From NCBI GenBank assembly GCA_045837725.1, contig JBEWZL010000077.1, positions 496,001 to 560,000 on the forward strand: a stretch of DNA of 64,000 nucleotides. Reading direction: 5' to 3'. Positions 25,801-38,300 of this stretch are shown piece after piece. Made by a program: the position numbers and the translations under genes. This DNA is from Vermamoeba vermiformis. Lineage: Eukaryota. Below the pieces are notes generated by a model. It did not search any database, was not told the DNA's origin, and worked only from the letters and a program-made list of their open reading frames with translations. Each line of letters begins with the position of its first letter. Position 1 is the first letter of the stretch.

Positions 25801-27918
25801 ATGAACAAGTTGCACCTTGTCGTCGTTTTAATCGCATCCTTGTTGGTTCTTGAAGCCTTCGCCGCTATCAAGCTCCCTCTCTACCGTAATAAGAACCCTG
25901 CTAAAAAGAGAGCCAACGCTCCTCTTGGTGGCGGTATTTCTACTGCTGGTGAATTTTACGTCCAACTCCAAGGTAAATCCTCGATGCGAGAAATAATTAG
26001 ATTCAAGACCAAATTCGTCAAAAATATTCAAACAAATTTTGATACTAATAAACGGTATTAGTTGGTACTCCCCCACAAACCTTTGAGGTTCAAATCGACA
26101 CTGGATCCACAGATTTGTTGATCTACGACGATAGATGCCAGAACTGCGACGACAAGAACTACTACACCCCTAGTGCTTCTTCCAGTGGTAAGCACAATAC
26201 TGATACCAAGTTAATAAATTTATTGATTTGTGCAACGGTAATATTTTACCGATCGCCGCTTTCAGTACAGAATAATAAACTGATTTATTTTATTTTTAAA
26301 TAGCTTCTGCTGTGGCCTGCAACATGTTCCCGTAAGTTCGCTTAGAGCATCGTCCTTCAATTCCATATTTTTGGAGCTAACTTAATTTTCTAGATGCCCT
26401 TCTTGCGGTAGCAACAACCAATGCACTTTCGACGATGCCTATGTAAGATACTACGACATGTGCACGAAATATTGTAATGGGAGCCTTACATTTTTATTCT
26501 AGGGTGACGGTAGTGATGTGAACGGTCGCGTCTTCTACGACACTTTGACTTGGGGTGGTTTGCAAGCCAACATCACTCTCGGTGCCATTGATTCATCCAC
26601 CGCTCACTTCGAACCTGTAAGTAACGGCTCCCGTCATTCGGGCGATGCTAGACTGAACCGCATCTGATCTCAAATTACCTATTTTAAATAATATTATTAT
26701 TACCCGGTTCGAATGTTCTTGCTAATAATTATTGCTATAGACCGGTGTTGATGGTATCTTCGGTCTTGCCTTCAAGACTTTGAGCTCTTGGACTGGTACG
26801 TACAATTAATATTAATTCAGATCGAGCATTTTACTTACCGAATATTAACCTAGGTCAATCCGCCTTTTGGAACTGGGCTTCTCAAAACAACTTGCCTCGC
26901 GTCTACTCTATGTGCTTGACTCCTTCTGGTCCCTCTATGACCATCGGTGAAAACAAGGCTTCTCAATACCAATGGACTCCTATTCTCCAAAACACTTACA
27001 TGGTTGGTAAGTATATTATTATTTAGGCATTCGTTCGCGCTCTATGATATTTAATAATTATTAATGCAAATGGATCGCGTTTTAATATTTTAAAATTTAG
27101 TTGCTATGTCCGACATCCAAGTGAACGGCAAATCCATCTCCAACGGCAACGTGTTCAAGAGAACTCAAACCATCGTTGACAGCGGTACCACTTTGATGAT
27201 CATTCCTACCTCTGCTTACACTGGCTTCTCCAACATCTTGTTGAGCATGTGCAACAACGGCGTCAACTTGGCTGGTATTTGCGACCAATCTGCCAACAAC
27301 TCTTTGTTGGCTGGCAACTGCTTCGCTTTGCAACCTAGCGACATTACTCCTTATCCTTCTGTCACTGTCAACATCAAGGGTATCAAGCCTCTCGTTTTGA
27401 CCGGTCAAGATTACATGATCACTCAAGTCTCCCAAGGCGTCACTTACTACTGCTTGGGCATCCAAGGTGCTGATAGTAAGTACTCCAGCTTAATATAATA
27501 TTATTTGGCTCGTTTATTGCGGAAAATTCGAAGCAAAAAGTTTCGATCGGATGTGGTTTGTTGGTGCGGGTTCTAGTTATGATGGCAAGTAGTGACCCGA
27601 ACACTCAGATACGAGGCGTCTCGGGCACGACCACACTAACAAGAATGCACCGCTTCCCGTCCGATCAGCGAAGTTAAGCTTGTTCAGGCCTTCTTAGTAC
27701 TGGGGTAGGAGACTACCTGGGAATCGGAGGTGTTGTGCTCTTTACTTTTTTTTACTTTTTGCTCTAACTAGCAATATCTATCTTACTGGTCCTAACCTTG
27801 TTTTTTCATAGTGGGTGGAGTTGGTACTATCCTCGGTGACGTTTTCATGCAAAAGTTCAACATTGCTTTTGACTTCGATAAGAACCGCGTTGGTTTCGCT
27901 GACGTTTCTACTTGCTAA
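25801..27918 (+). CDS. Secreted pepsin-family (A1) aspartic protease, multi-exon
   Basis: Signal peptide, catalytic DTGS and DSGT, YGDGS flap, DGIFGLA, ILGDVFM. Confidence 0.92.
27623..27741 (+). rRNA. 5S rRNA gene, inside intron 27476-27811 of the aspartic protease gene
   Basis: 119 nt. GGGCACGAC.. pairs with ..GTTGTGCTC. Conserved 5S motifs CCCGTCCGATC, GAAGTTAAGC, TTAGTACT and GGGAA are present, followed by an oligo-T Pol III terminator. Confidence 0.95.
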
Positions 27919-28051
27919 GTTTGATTAAGGGACGGCAGCTCAATGCGTCATAGCCTTTTTTGAACGCAATAAAGTTGAATTAATTTTTTCCGGTTTGTTG
28001 CAAATCTTGCTGATAGTTATTGTTCATTATTTTGCAGCAGTGGTAACAGAT

Positions 28052-29584
28052 ATGAGTAGAAGTGACGAGGAGGAACCTAGCTCTCCGCCCGTAATTGTTG
28101 GGCGAAAAATACTCGACTCGCCTAGCGAGATCACGAGTAAAAAAGATTACGAGCGAATTTTAAAAGTAACGACTCGTAAGAGGTCTCTATCAACAAGCCC
28201 TGTAAAAGAAAAAGCCGAAATTAAAAGTAAGCGTCAGATCCAAACTATTTGAATTATTTTTTAATTGTCAAAAATAATACGTAATTACTAAATATTAATT
28301 CTTATTAAATTGACGATATATTAATAGACCATAATTTTGTCTGTAGGTGAAAAGCCTAGCCCGAAAAAGAAACAAAAAATCAGGCACAGTACCGAGGGCA
28401 GCACCTCAGATGGTAATAATATGGTGTATATATATCTCTAACTTAACTAATATTTTATTTTAAAAGATCTCATAAAAAAATATCATTGTTATCACGTTTA
28501 CTGCAATTGGTCGGGCATCGACAAGGACGACCTAAACAAGCACGAGCGCGATGAGGTCTATCATGAAAATCATTTGCAACGTTCGCAAATATTTTGCGAG
28601 GCCTGCAAAAAGTTGGTCGATGATAAGGTTTGGCCCGACATCCACGGTCAACTAATCGTAAATGAGGCAAAAAAGAGGAAACCAGAGATGATAGCATTAA
28701 TTAAACGATTGGAAAAATTACAACAGACGAAAATTGAATTTAAGAAGGCTGAAGAAGAGTTTATATACCGACACGATGAGAATTATAGACCTGAATTGGT
28801 TTCGCAGCCTGGACTGTTCAATCCTACTTTTAAAAATACACCTGCAAAGATCGAACTTCCAAATGGCGTTCAAGAATTTGAATTATTACCCGAACAATGG
28901 GAGAAACAAAATATTTTAGAAAGTATTCCATCAATTGAATTTAATGACGATATTCCAGTGGTCGCAAAGAATATTATAGAGAAATATAAAGCGAAGGAGT
29001 ACAGCGTAGAACGTTTACAACGAATTTTCAAGGATATGACGGATCGCTACAAGCAGATTCAGACCGACGAAGTTTACAAACAGTGGCTGCTGTTTAATAT
29101 CTGCCAATTGAAGTTATTTATGCAGAAGAAGGGATTAAAATTGAAGCAGAAGAAACCAAATAATAATGTAACTGCGCCTATTAATAGCCCAGTGACAATC
29201 CCGACTCCAGTCCAACAGCAGATCGTGCCGCAAAGTCCCATGCCGTATATGATGAGTGACCCCAAATTTGCTCCATATTTGTGGAGCGCAATGATGCAAT
29301 ATTTCGCCGAGAACTATAATAATACGCAAGGCGGAATGCCCGGTCTCCAGCAACAAATGCAGATGCAGCAGATGCAACAAACAAATCAAATGCCAGCGAT
29401 GCCACAATATGCTCCAACGCCACCTCTTCAGAATTATAATATGATGCCCAACATGAATTGGCAACAATGGATGCCTCAACCGCAGCAGATGCAGCCCATG
29501 TTTGGATCGTCGCAGTCAAGCATGCCGCTGCCGCCCTCGCGTTCTTCGGAGAAGAAAGATAAGAAAAGTAAGCATAAGAAGTGA
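28052..29584 (+). CDS. Hypothetical, probably nuclear protein with Q/M/P-rich low-complexity C-terminus and basic tail
   Basis: Spliced short 5' exons plus a ~336-aa exon; possible Cys/His cluster (HLQRSQIFCEAC); KKDKKSKHKK end. Confidence 0.65.
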
Positions 29585-29705
29585 TAGATGTAATTGTAGA
29601 ATAAAGTTTTGTAGATAGAAGGCGGATTTGGATGCGGGTAAAAATAGGTCAACGAAATTCGGTTTTTTTCGTTCCTGTCACCTTTAGAGCACCACACGTC
29701 CCATA

Positions 29706-32538
29706 ATGGACCCTTTATATGTTGTAATTTCAGTGCCTACGACGTTTAACGTTGAGAGCGGCAAGAGCTACACGGTAAATTTCTAATTTGCGAAACTGAC
29801 AAGCAAATCTGATCCGTATCTTAATTAATTACTTAAAAAAATCACCAAAATACGTACTTAATTAATTTATATTTATTTATTAATTATTAATTGAAAAGGC
29901 GTATCAAGTAGAAGTTAAAAGTGAATGTGGTCCTCATTCGACAAAATGGACCGTTACAAAGCGATATAATGATTTTGGTGATGTTAGAGAGTCTGTAAGT
30001 AATTGTATTATTGCTAATTTCAATTGTGTGTAATTTGAAAGATTTGAGTACTTGCAAGAGTTCGATCGACGCCAAAAATACAAACCAATGATTACATTTA
30101 TAATAATTATTAATTAATAATTCATTATTTATCAGTATTATTTTTACTAATTGAATTCTTTACGGATCAGTTAATGAAGCACCACAAAAAAATCAGTGAT
30201 TTTGATTTCCCCGCAAAACAAATCTTAAACAGATTCGACCCCGTAAGTACTATATTTATACTAATAATATATTATTAGTATATTACAAGCTGTTACTTTA
30301 CGAAAGTCACTCGAAGAGACAGATCTCAGTTTTTTCTTTTTTATTATCGTTTAATTATACCAGTTATTTTTGCATTGTTTTTAGTTGCGGAATATTTAAT
30401 ATTAAATAATATTATCCCTAGTAAATAATTCATATTAATAGTTTTGTGTTACGTATCTTTGCCTCTCATACTAATACTCGACTTTCCTAATTTAGAAATT
30501 GATCGAGTACCGTCGCAGCGCTTTTGAACGATTTTTGCGCTCGTGTGCCGAACATGAAGACATTATTAATGACCCCACTATGAAGAAATTTTTGCAAATC
30601 AACACTGTAAGTACTTACCTAAACAGATCTAACTCGTATCATTCATATTAATAACATATATGAATATGTCTATTTAATACAATACATTAATTTGTAGTGA
30701 CGTTTTTTTGCACTGTGAAATATTTTTTGGATCCGATTTTTTAACAAATGACGTACAGACACAATGATACAAAATTAGTTCATATTGATAGAAATTATTA
30801 CACTCGGGGCCTATAATAACCATGTAATATAACAGGGTCAAACAATTTCAGCTAAGCGTGCCACAGCTCCAGTAACCAACGTGTCAACACCGACACTGAA
30901 CACGAGCTCATCGAATCTCAACAAACAAGCGCACAATTCTGTCGCGGTGATGCAAAGTGCCAAGCCTGCCACTAGTTCACCGAGTGTGACACGTGATCAA
31001 GTTGTCGCTGCTTATGACTTCAACGGTGAAACAAACTTTGACTTGTCTTTCAAGGTACGACGAACACCTCATTCCCTCACTTATTAGAATTATAATATAC
31101 TGGCCGCTAAATATACTGTCGTATTATGGTTCATTTGATTAGCTAATGTGCATTTGATTGACAGACAGGTGATGTGATCGGTGTGCTCGAAAAACAAGGC
31201 GAGTGGTGGAAAGGTGAATTGAACGGCAAAGTCGGTTATTTCCCTGCCAATTACGTGCGAGCTGCTGTAAGTACTTGATAACACCCACACAATAATATAT
31301 CACAAAATATCAGCTTTACGGCCCCGCTCTCCACGTGCTATGCAAGATTTAAACGTTTAATGAGCCATAATTTCCAAATAAGGCAAATTTTGTTAAAACC
31401 TACTCGCTTGCTGGAGCGCAGTTCGGGTGTAAAAAACAGTTTGTGTGACCGAAGTAACATTTTTGTGTCAATGACAGGATGACAGCCAGGCCGCCAGACG
31501 GTCGTCAGAACAAGCCCCTACCCCAGCACTGACTCAAGCCCCGTCATCGTCCTCTGAAGGCCCTCCAGATTTCTTGGCTGTGGCAATGTACGACTTTGTG
31601 GGCTCCAAGGATCAGATGGAAATTTCATTCAATCTCGGTGATATTATTGGTTTGTACGCTGAAGAATGTGCTGACAAAGAGGAGTGGTGGCAAGGTATGT
31701 ATTTATATACTAATAGTATGATATTATAATCGCAAATTATCGGTCTGAAGTTGGTGTTTGGATCGGATCCAACATCTTTTTTCGCAAGCAATATTTTAAT
31801 GTTTTTTTCATATAAATGCATTGCATAATAATCGGTATGCAAATATTAATCATTTATTTCCATAATAGGTTATGTCTTGAACGACGATCCGAACAAATTA
31901 TACGGAGGTTATTTCCCACGCATTTACGTGCGCCGATTGACCAAGAACGATTTTGTCTATGACGACGAATCAGGAGCTTATTATTATAAGACCGACATTA
32001 CTAACTACAACTACGACGCCAACACTGACACGTGGATCCCGATCGGCGGCACGACCTCAACTCCAGCCCCGAAAGAAGAGCCGAAGAAACAACTTGCAGA
32101 GCCCGCACGTCCTGCCTCGCAGTCGGTGTCGATCTCAGACAGCGCGCACCGACGTATGTCGATTATTGCCACAGGACACATGTCTATGCAGTTGCAAACC
32201 GTACGTAGCACATGATCCGACTTTAGTTCCAAAAACTACCTTAAAAAGTCTCAACGATCAAAATTCCACAATAATTCTAAGAATTTATTCTATTTGTATG
32301 AACCATATTATTTTACGTAATGTTATTTGCTTCTCATTCGAGATCTGGATGTTGGTTTTTGGATCTGGATCTGCAATCCTATTTTGGATTTATTTGATTA
32401 TTAACGGTGTTATTATTACTCATTTAGATGTTCCAACAAGACCCAAAAGACCAAGCAAATGCACAGCCTTCACGAGCTACAACGGTGGTTCGATTGCAAC
32501 GACCCAAAACAAGACCTCCCCCTCCTCCACAACATTAA
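29706..32538 (+). CDS. PX domain + two SH3 domains + aromatic (OCRE-like) repeat protein
   Basis: Spliced PX (WTVTKRYNDF..FPAK..IEYRR.AFERFL), SH3 (AAYDF..DLSF..GEWWKG..GYFPANYV), second SH3 (AMYDF..EEWWQG..GYFPRIYV), YDDESGAYYY..YNYDANTDTW, Pro-rich end. Confidence 0.85.
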
Positions 32539-32842
32539 GAACCACGGTGATGTATTCAAGACTATCCATATGACAGTAACTATACCTTTGTATTGCATTT
32601 GTAATTGATTCCATAATAATTTTCAAATTTTTCTAGTTTGTAACGGATCTTAGTTTAATTTTATATGAACAAATTTAAGCCAATAGTGAATAATGATACG
32701 TTTCAATTATAATAATATCATGATTCAAAGAAGTTTTTCTTTTATTGTTTGACAGCAAAGTCAGATGTGCTCCGTTCAAAGAATACTTCAAATTTAGCTT
32801 TTTTTGGTTCTCAGAACGTTTATTTTCTATCTTACGGACTCG

Positions 32843-34425
32843 ATGAAGACCACAAGAGTCGTTTTCATATTATTTATAGCGATTTTGAATGGCTGAAGCT
32901 CAGCGCAGTTAGCGGCAATTGTGAATGGATCTTGGAGCACTTTTTTTGGCGGTAATTTCTACATGTGCGCGGATGAGGCGTCTGGCGAAGTCAACGTAAG
33001 TCGATCATATTTAATTAATTGTATTAGAGTCGTTTGTTAGCGATACTAAAGAATTCTAACGGATGCGGATGTACCTCAAAAAATCTTGATCGTTAATGAA
33101 CCGTTTAGGATTGATTTTTGAATTACAGAACTTGGATACGTAAAAGGGACTATTAGCGGCGAATATGTCCTCGGGCAATGGTTTCAAACAGGTTTGAATG
33201 TCGCGGATCTGGATGGCAACTGCTGTACTGCTAACCGAGGCACTTTTATGTTCCATTTCGCTGCAAATTCATTTACTGGTAAGTCCCTTATTTTTTGGGC
33301 GTACATTTCGTTCATGAAAGAGCCGTAAATTTCAATTTCTAACCGGATCGAACTTTACTTAAATTTTTTTAGGAAGTTATACGTTCGAAGTAAAAGATAA
33401 GGGTGGTGAGTTATGGAGTGGTACTAGACAAAGCAGTTATAATCCTTTGCCGTCTGAATGCTGGAGTCCAAAAGAAACTTTGACCAACTCGCTTCACGGC
33501 AGATGGAGCTCGGACTACACGAACTATTGGGACCAATGCATCGATGATAATGGACGGTGGACTGCGTCGTATGAATATGGTCTTCCTGTTACTCGTGGGT
33601 ACATCTATGGGTAAGTACCAGCGAATCCGATCTCGCTTTCGAAATTTAGAGATCAATTCCTTGAAATTTAATCGACCTAAAATCGCTTTGAATGAATATT
33701 CAAGTCATAATTAATCATATTTATGCCATCGTTATGCTGAAAAGATTGTCAGTGTCCGAATTTTTTTGAATCAAAAACAAGATCTTCGTTGGATTTTAAG
33801 GCAATGTATAGTAATAGCACTAATATATGTCTATAGACAATGTTTTTTCAACAATCAGCTCTGCCACGGCGATTGGTTCGAGCCCAACAAAGTTACAGGC
33901 GGTTACATGGCCCGATTGCTCGCCAACGATGAAATGATTGGAACTTGGTGGCAATTCAACGCGTCTGATATCGATGATAAGACATATATTAGATATCATA
34001 CTGATTCGTCGTATCATGGAGTTGATTCTCGAACGAGAATAGGAGATCCAATGATGTGTAACAGAAACGCGGATTTGTTTTTCGATCCAAACGCACCCAC
34101 GCTCAGTGTCGGTGCTATTGTTGGCATATCAGTTGGTGTATCTGGAGGTAGGCGATGAAATACATTTCAAGCACCAGATCTCGAGCAAAAAATTCGATTT
34201 AAAAATGGATTCGATCCGTTTTATTCCGACCATACTGACGCAATTCATTATTCAGCCGTTATTGTTACTGGTATAGTACTGCTGTGCATATACTGCTGCA
34301 ATCCTTGCAAAGACGGTGGTGGCAAAGGCGGCGGAGGTCTCAAAATATTTTCTAAATCCACAACAAATACTCGACGAAGCGGATTTGGTTCTAACCACAC
34401 TAGATTTGGCGGAGGCTACTCGTAA
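32843..34425 (+). pseudogene. Type I membrane/secreted protein with two Trp/Cys-rich beta repeats; in-frame TGA in the signal peptide
   Basis: MKTTRVVFILFIAILNG*SSAQ.. with TGA at 32894-32896; repeated GxW..C..GY..G..GxWF motif; TM GAIVGISVGVSGAVIVTGIVLLCIYCC. The first intron phase is not cleanly resolved. Confidence 0.55.
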
Positions 34426-34843
34426 TGTGCTCATGAATTCCGGCTGCAATGTCACGCGTGGCATTCTTGTACTGTACTTTTTTTTCTACATTTGTACTAA
34501 AATCGGTCGCTGATGCTTCTCTTGTTTCAGTAACTTGCCATTTCTGCTTTCTTGCCTATTGTTGCTAATCCGATCGGATTTTAAAATCGGATCTGCTGAT
34601 CTCCCGCAATGTGAAAGGACTGCTCACTTTTCTGATGAACTATGCTGTCCAATGACACTAGTTCCATCAATAAGATTTCTGGCAATATGCAGCTTACAGA
34701 GGCCTAGACTTTGTGGTACCAGCGTGTATGAAATTTGTGGAGTTGTGAGAAAGCGTTAAGAAAAGTCTTTTATCGGTCCCAAAAATTTTGTTCTCTGATC
34801 TTGGAGGCGTGTTCTTAACGAGGAAGTGATGCAACAATGTTTT

Positions 34844-35174
34844 GGAGATGCGGTCCTGCTACAATTCATCATTACATTACTGCTTCATTAGCGTTTGTGA
34901 GGCGTATGGTAATGTGGTGGTGAAGGGTGGCTTGGTGTGCTCTAATTCGTTATCCTAGCAATAGGACCATAGAGTGCGACAAGTTAATCCCCGAATAAAC
35001 GCGGGTGCACACGGTTCCTCGGTTATATTGTTGGATCCGCGAGGATCTGATAGTACAATTACTCTGAATTCAAAGTATTTTCACTCGAGACAATAGCTTG
35101 TGAATTTCTAGCTTGAAGGAGCAATCTGGATAGTTGGTTATTTCCGCCCCTTAGGGGGTCGCATCTTCTTTTTT
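34844..35174 (+). ncRNA. Unidentified highly structured ~325-nt RNA, probably Pol III-transcribed
   Basis: The 5' GGAGATGCGGTCCT pairs over 14 bp with the 3' GGGGTCGCATCTTC, which is followed immediately by T6. There are several long internal G-U-containing helices, two capped by GNRA loops. It is intergenic and the ORF track lists nothing there. Confidence 0.75.
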
Positions 35175-35337
35175 AATTGACATTTTTTTAGTGTAGTTGT
35201 GGCAGCTTAACAATTAGTTTGTTAACTGGATGCAAGTTTAATATTATGCTAATATTTACATTTTTGTACAAAATTGTTTTGGCGGCAGCAAATAAATAAC
35301 AAGGAATTCTATACAAGTTAGAAATGACCATTTTTGG

Positions 35338-38300
35338 TTATTTCAAGCAGAAGCTAGGCAAGGTCAGTGCTTGAATTTCCGGTGCACGTGGCATTGATGT
35401 CGGGAACTTGATTGCTTTAGACTCGGCGATTTCAATGGTGCTGCCCAAGACGTTACCACTCAGCACCATGAGGTGATCTTTTGATTTTTTCGAACTGCTA
35501 GAACTCGCGCCATTCTCTTGTTCGTTGACAGGCTTGTTGATTTTCAACGTGCACTTGCCTTCTAATACACCTTCGAACCATTTGCCTTCGATGGTCGTGC
35601 CATTAACGTCAACAAACACGCCGGGACCGTGTGGCTTGTCATCTTTGAAACTACCCTCGTAGCGCGAGCCATTGACTAGGACTAATTGACCCTAAGCACA
35701 ATATCACTATTAGTCATAATGATCGTACGAATGAGTTTGACACGTGTCATTGGACCAGTCAATTTTTTTGTATGACACGTGTCAAAGTGTCACTTCGTGA
35801 CTCATAAACTCCGAAGTGTCAAAATGAGTGCTACTTACTTGACCGCTCTTGACATCACGGACCCACTCGCCAGTGTATTTCAGTGAACTGGAGCCAAAAT
35901 AGTAAAAAGTGCCTTTGCCGTGTCGCTCGCCAGTGCGCCACTGACCCTCGTACTTGGAACCATCGCGGTACTTCACTGTACCGTTGCCGTCGTACTTTCC
36001 TTCAAAGAACGTGCCGACATAGACTGTGCCGTCTGAATTAGTTTGGTCTAATGTGCCTTGGCCGTGTCGCTAAAAAGAATAAAAAATTAGATCACATCCG
36101 TAGTCAAGATCGGTCATAAATTATTAAAATACGGAAAAATCATTAGTTCAGTATTTGTATAAGTATTTCCTTATTAAGAAAGTGAGTTTTTGTACCTTAT
36201 TGTTAGCCCATTCACCGACGTAGTTATCGCCATTGACCCGGATCAAAGTGCCAGTACCGTGTTTGAGACCATATTGCCACTGCCCATCGTATTTTTTGCC
36301 CGATGGATGCACTAATGTGCCTTTGCCGTGGAACTGACCGCGCTGCCAATTGCCTTCGTAGCGCATGCCATTGCTCATGGTCAAGGTACCGAATCCGTCG
36401 AACAGATCTTCTTTGAATGAACCTTCATATACATCGCCGTTCTTATACTTTAAGGCACCTCGTCCATCCTTCTTGCCGTTCAGCCATTCGCCTTCGTAGA
36501 CATTGCCATACGGATCCGTAAAAGTTCCTTGACCGCCTATAAAACGAAACTCGCTTAGTCATCATATAAATAATCTATAAATGGTAAAATATGCTAAATA
36601 TTGTTTCGTAAAAACAAATTTTGAATTTAGATTAATATTTCCAAATAAAGCAATATTTTTTCAATATCGCATCTACAAATTTCAGATCGTATTTGATCGT
36701 CTATCTGACTATTATAAATATATATTGTTACTTACTAGGCGAGTCATCTTTCCACGCTCCCTTATATGCACTGGCAGTGAAGTAGTTCATCGTGCCTTGT
36801 CCGTTCTTTTTGTTGTTTTTCCATTCGCCGACGTATTTATTGCCCATGTGCGTCCAAGTACCAACTCCGTGGCGCTAAAAATAGGCTCATAAGAATATAT
36901 TCTAAGAGTACGATGTTATTATAAGTTACTTACGGTACCGTCGCTCCACCAGCCTTCGTAAACAGATCCGTCGTTATAAATAAACTTGCCGTAACGACGT
37001 TGGTCATCTATTACAGGATATATTAATACATGATAGTAAATAATAATAAGGTTGCTATATTTACCTTTCTTATACTTCAAGGCTGCTAAAATATAGCCGA
37101 GCAGATCTTGCATCCAACCGGCTTTTTCTTCAGGGCTTGTGCAATAGACTAAAGAAATTATATTTTAGATATTTATATCGAATATATCAACAATGGTATA
37201 GACTTACTTATATAGGCATTATCAGGACCAATAATTTCGAATGAGAAGTCGATGCTATTCGCTGCATGAAAAAGTTTTAGTTTATAAAATAGAAACGATC
37301 GTATACATATTATTTAATATGATGTATATTACTTACGATGATCTTTAATCCATACGAGCTTCAAAGGCCATTGGTACTTTGCTTTATGCGGCTTGATCTT
37401 CTTTTTCGGATTTTCATTCTTGATGAGAATATCACTAAACAATGCAAATTGTAGTTGATATCGCTTAGAAGTAGCCATGACTTCAGCAGTGACTATTCCG
37501 TCGCGAATAAATTGGCGGTGAGGCGCTACAAAGCTCTGCATGCCGAGATCGAGGACTTTTTGAGAGTTCTGTTGGTTTCGAACGAAAGAGTTGATATGAT
37601 CTGTGCGATAAAATAACGTTATTAATATGCATATTAAGTTAAAACTTGCAAATTTTTCCGTCGTATCGAGATCCAGATCGTTACAAATGCGCTGATTTTT
37701 GGATCGAGTACGAAAGAGCATAAAATTAAGTGAATAAGATAAGTATACTTACCAGCAATATCTTTCATCTTATTTAAAGAGTCTTCTATATTTTTGTAGT
37801 CTGGATGCGAATCTACGGTATGTTTCAGCAGATCGCGCAGAAGCAATTCATAGCGAGGAATGCGCTGAACAGGCTTGATTAAGAATGCTTCAACATCATT
37901 GCCAGCCTTCTTTCTAAGATCTTCTAATAAATCGTTCGTCTTCGGTGAGTCGCGTAATTTCTTCAAAACTTCGAGTGCGTTGTTATAGTTGCTTGCATAG
38001 GCTGTATACATCTTCAAAAATGGGGCCTAGATATTATTACGATTAAATTAGCCGTAAATTAAAGAAAAAAAGTCAGCTGGTTCATTGCTCCATCCGCATC
38101 CGAAAATTATTTTTAAAATTTGGCTTTGAATTGTGACTTACTAGTTTCAAAAATATAGGTCCTAACAGTTGCATAGGTCCCCAACTATCTATACAAGTCT
38201 TCAGCTCTTTGTAAAACTCCGAATTGAACTGCAGAATGACTTCAATATTTGAAAATAAAGCCTTGAAATCTGCATCGGAGAGGTATTTGTCCTTAACTAG

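Noticed and set aside
2070-32896. TGA codon reassignment
   Set aside because: TGA terminates apparently normal genes here (e.g. 8868, 29584, 45375), and conserved genes show no internal TGA.
34634-34700. SECIS element explaining the upstream in-frame TGA
   Set aside because: ATGA-N12-AA is present but there is no matching 3' GA quartet, and selenocysteine in a signal peptide is implausible.
34844-35174. Assignment of the structured RNA as RNase P/MRP, SRP, telomerase, U3 or a ribozyme
   Set aside because: Diagnostic motifs were not found by eye; the TTAGGG at 35151 is in the wrong sense and too short for a template.
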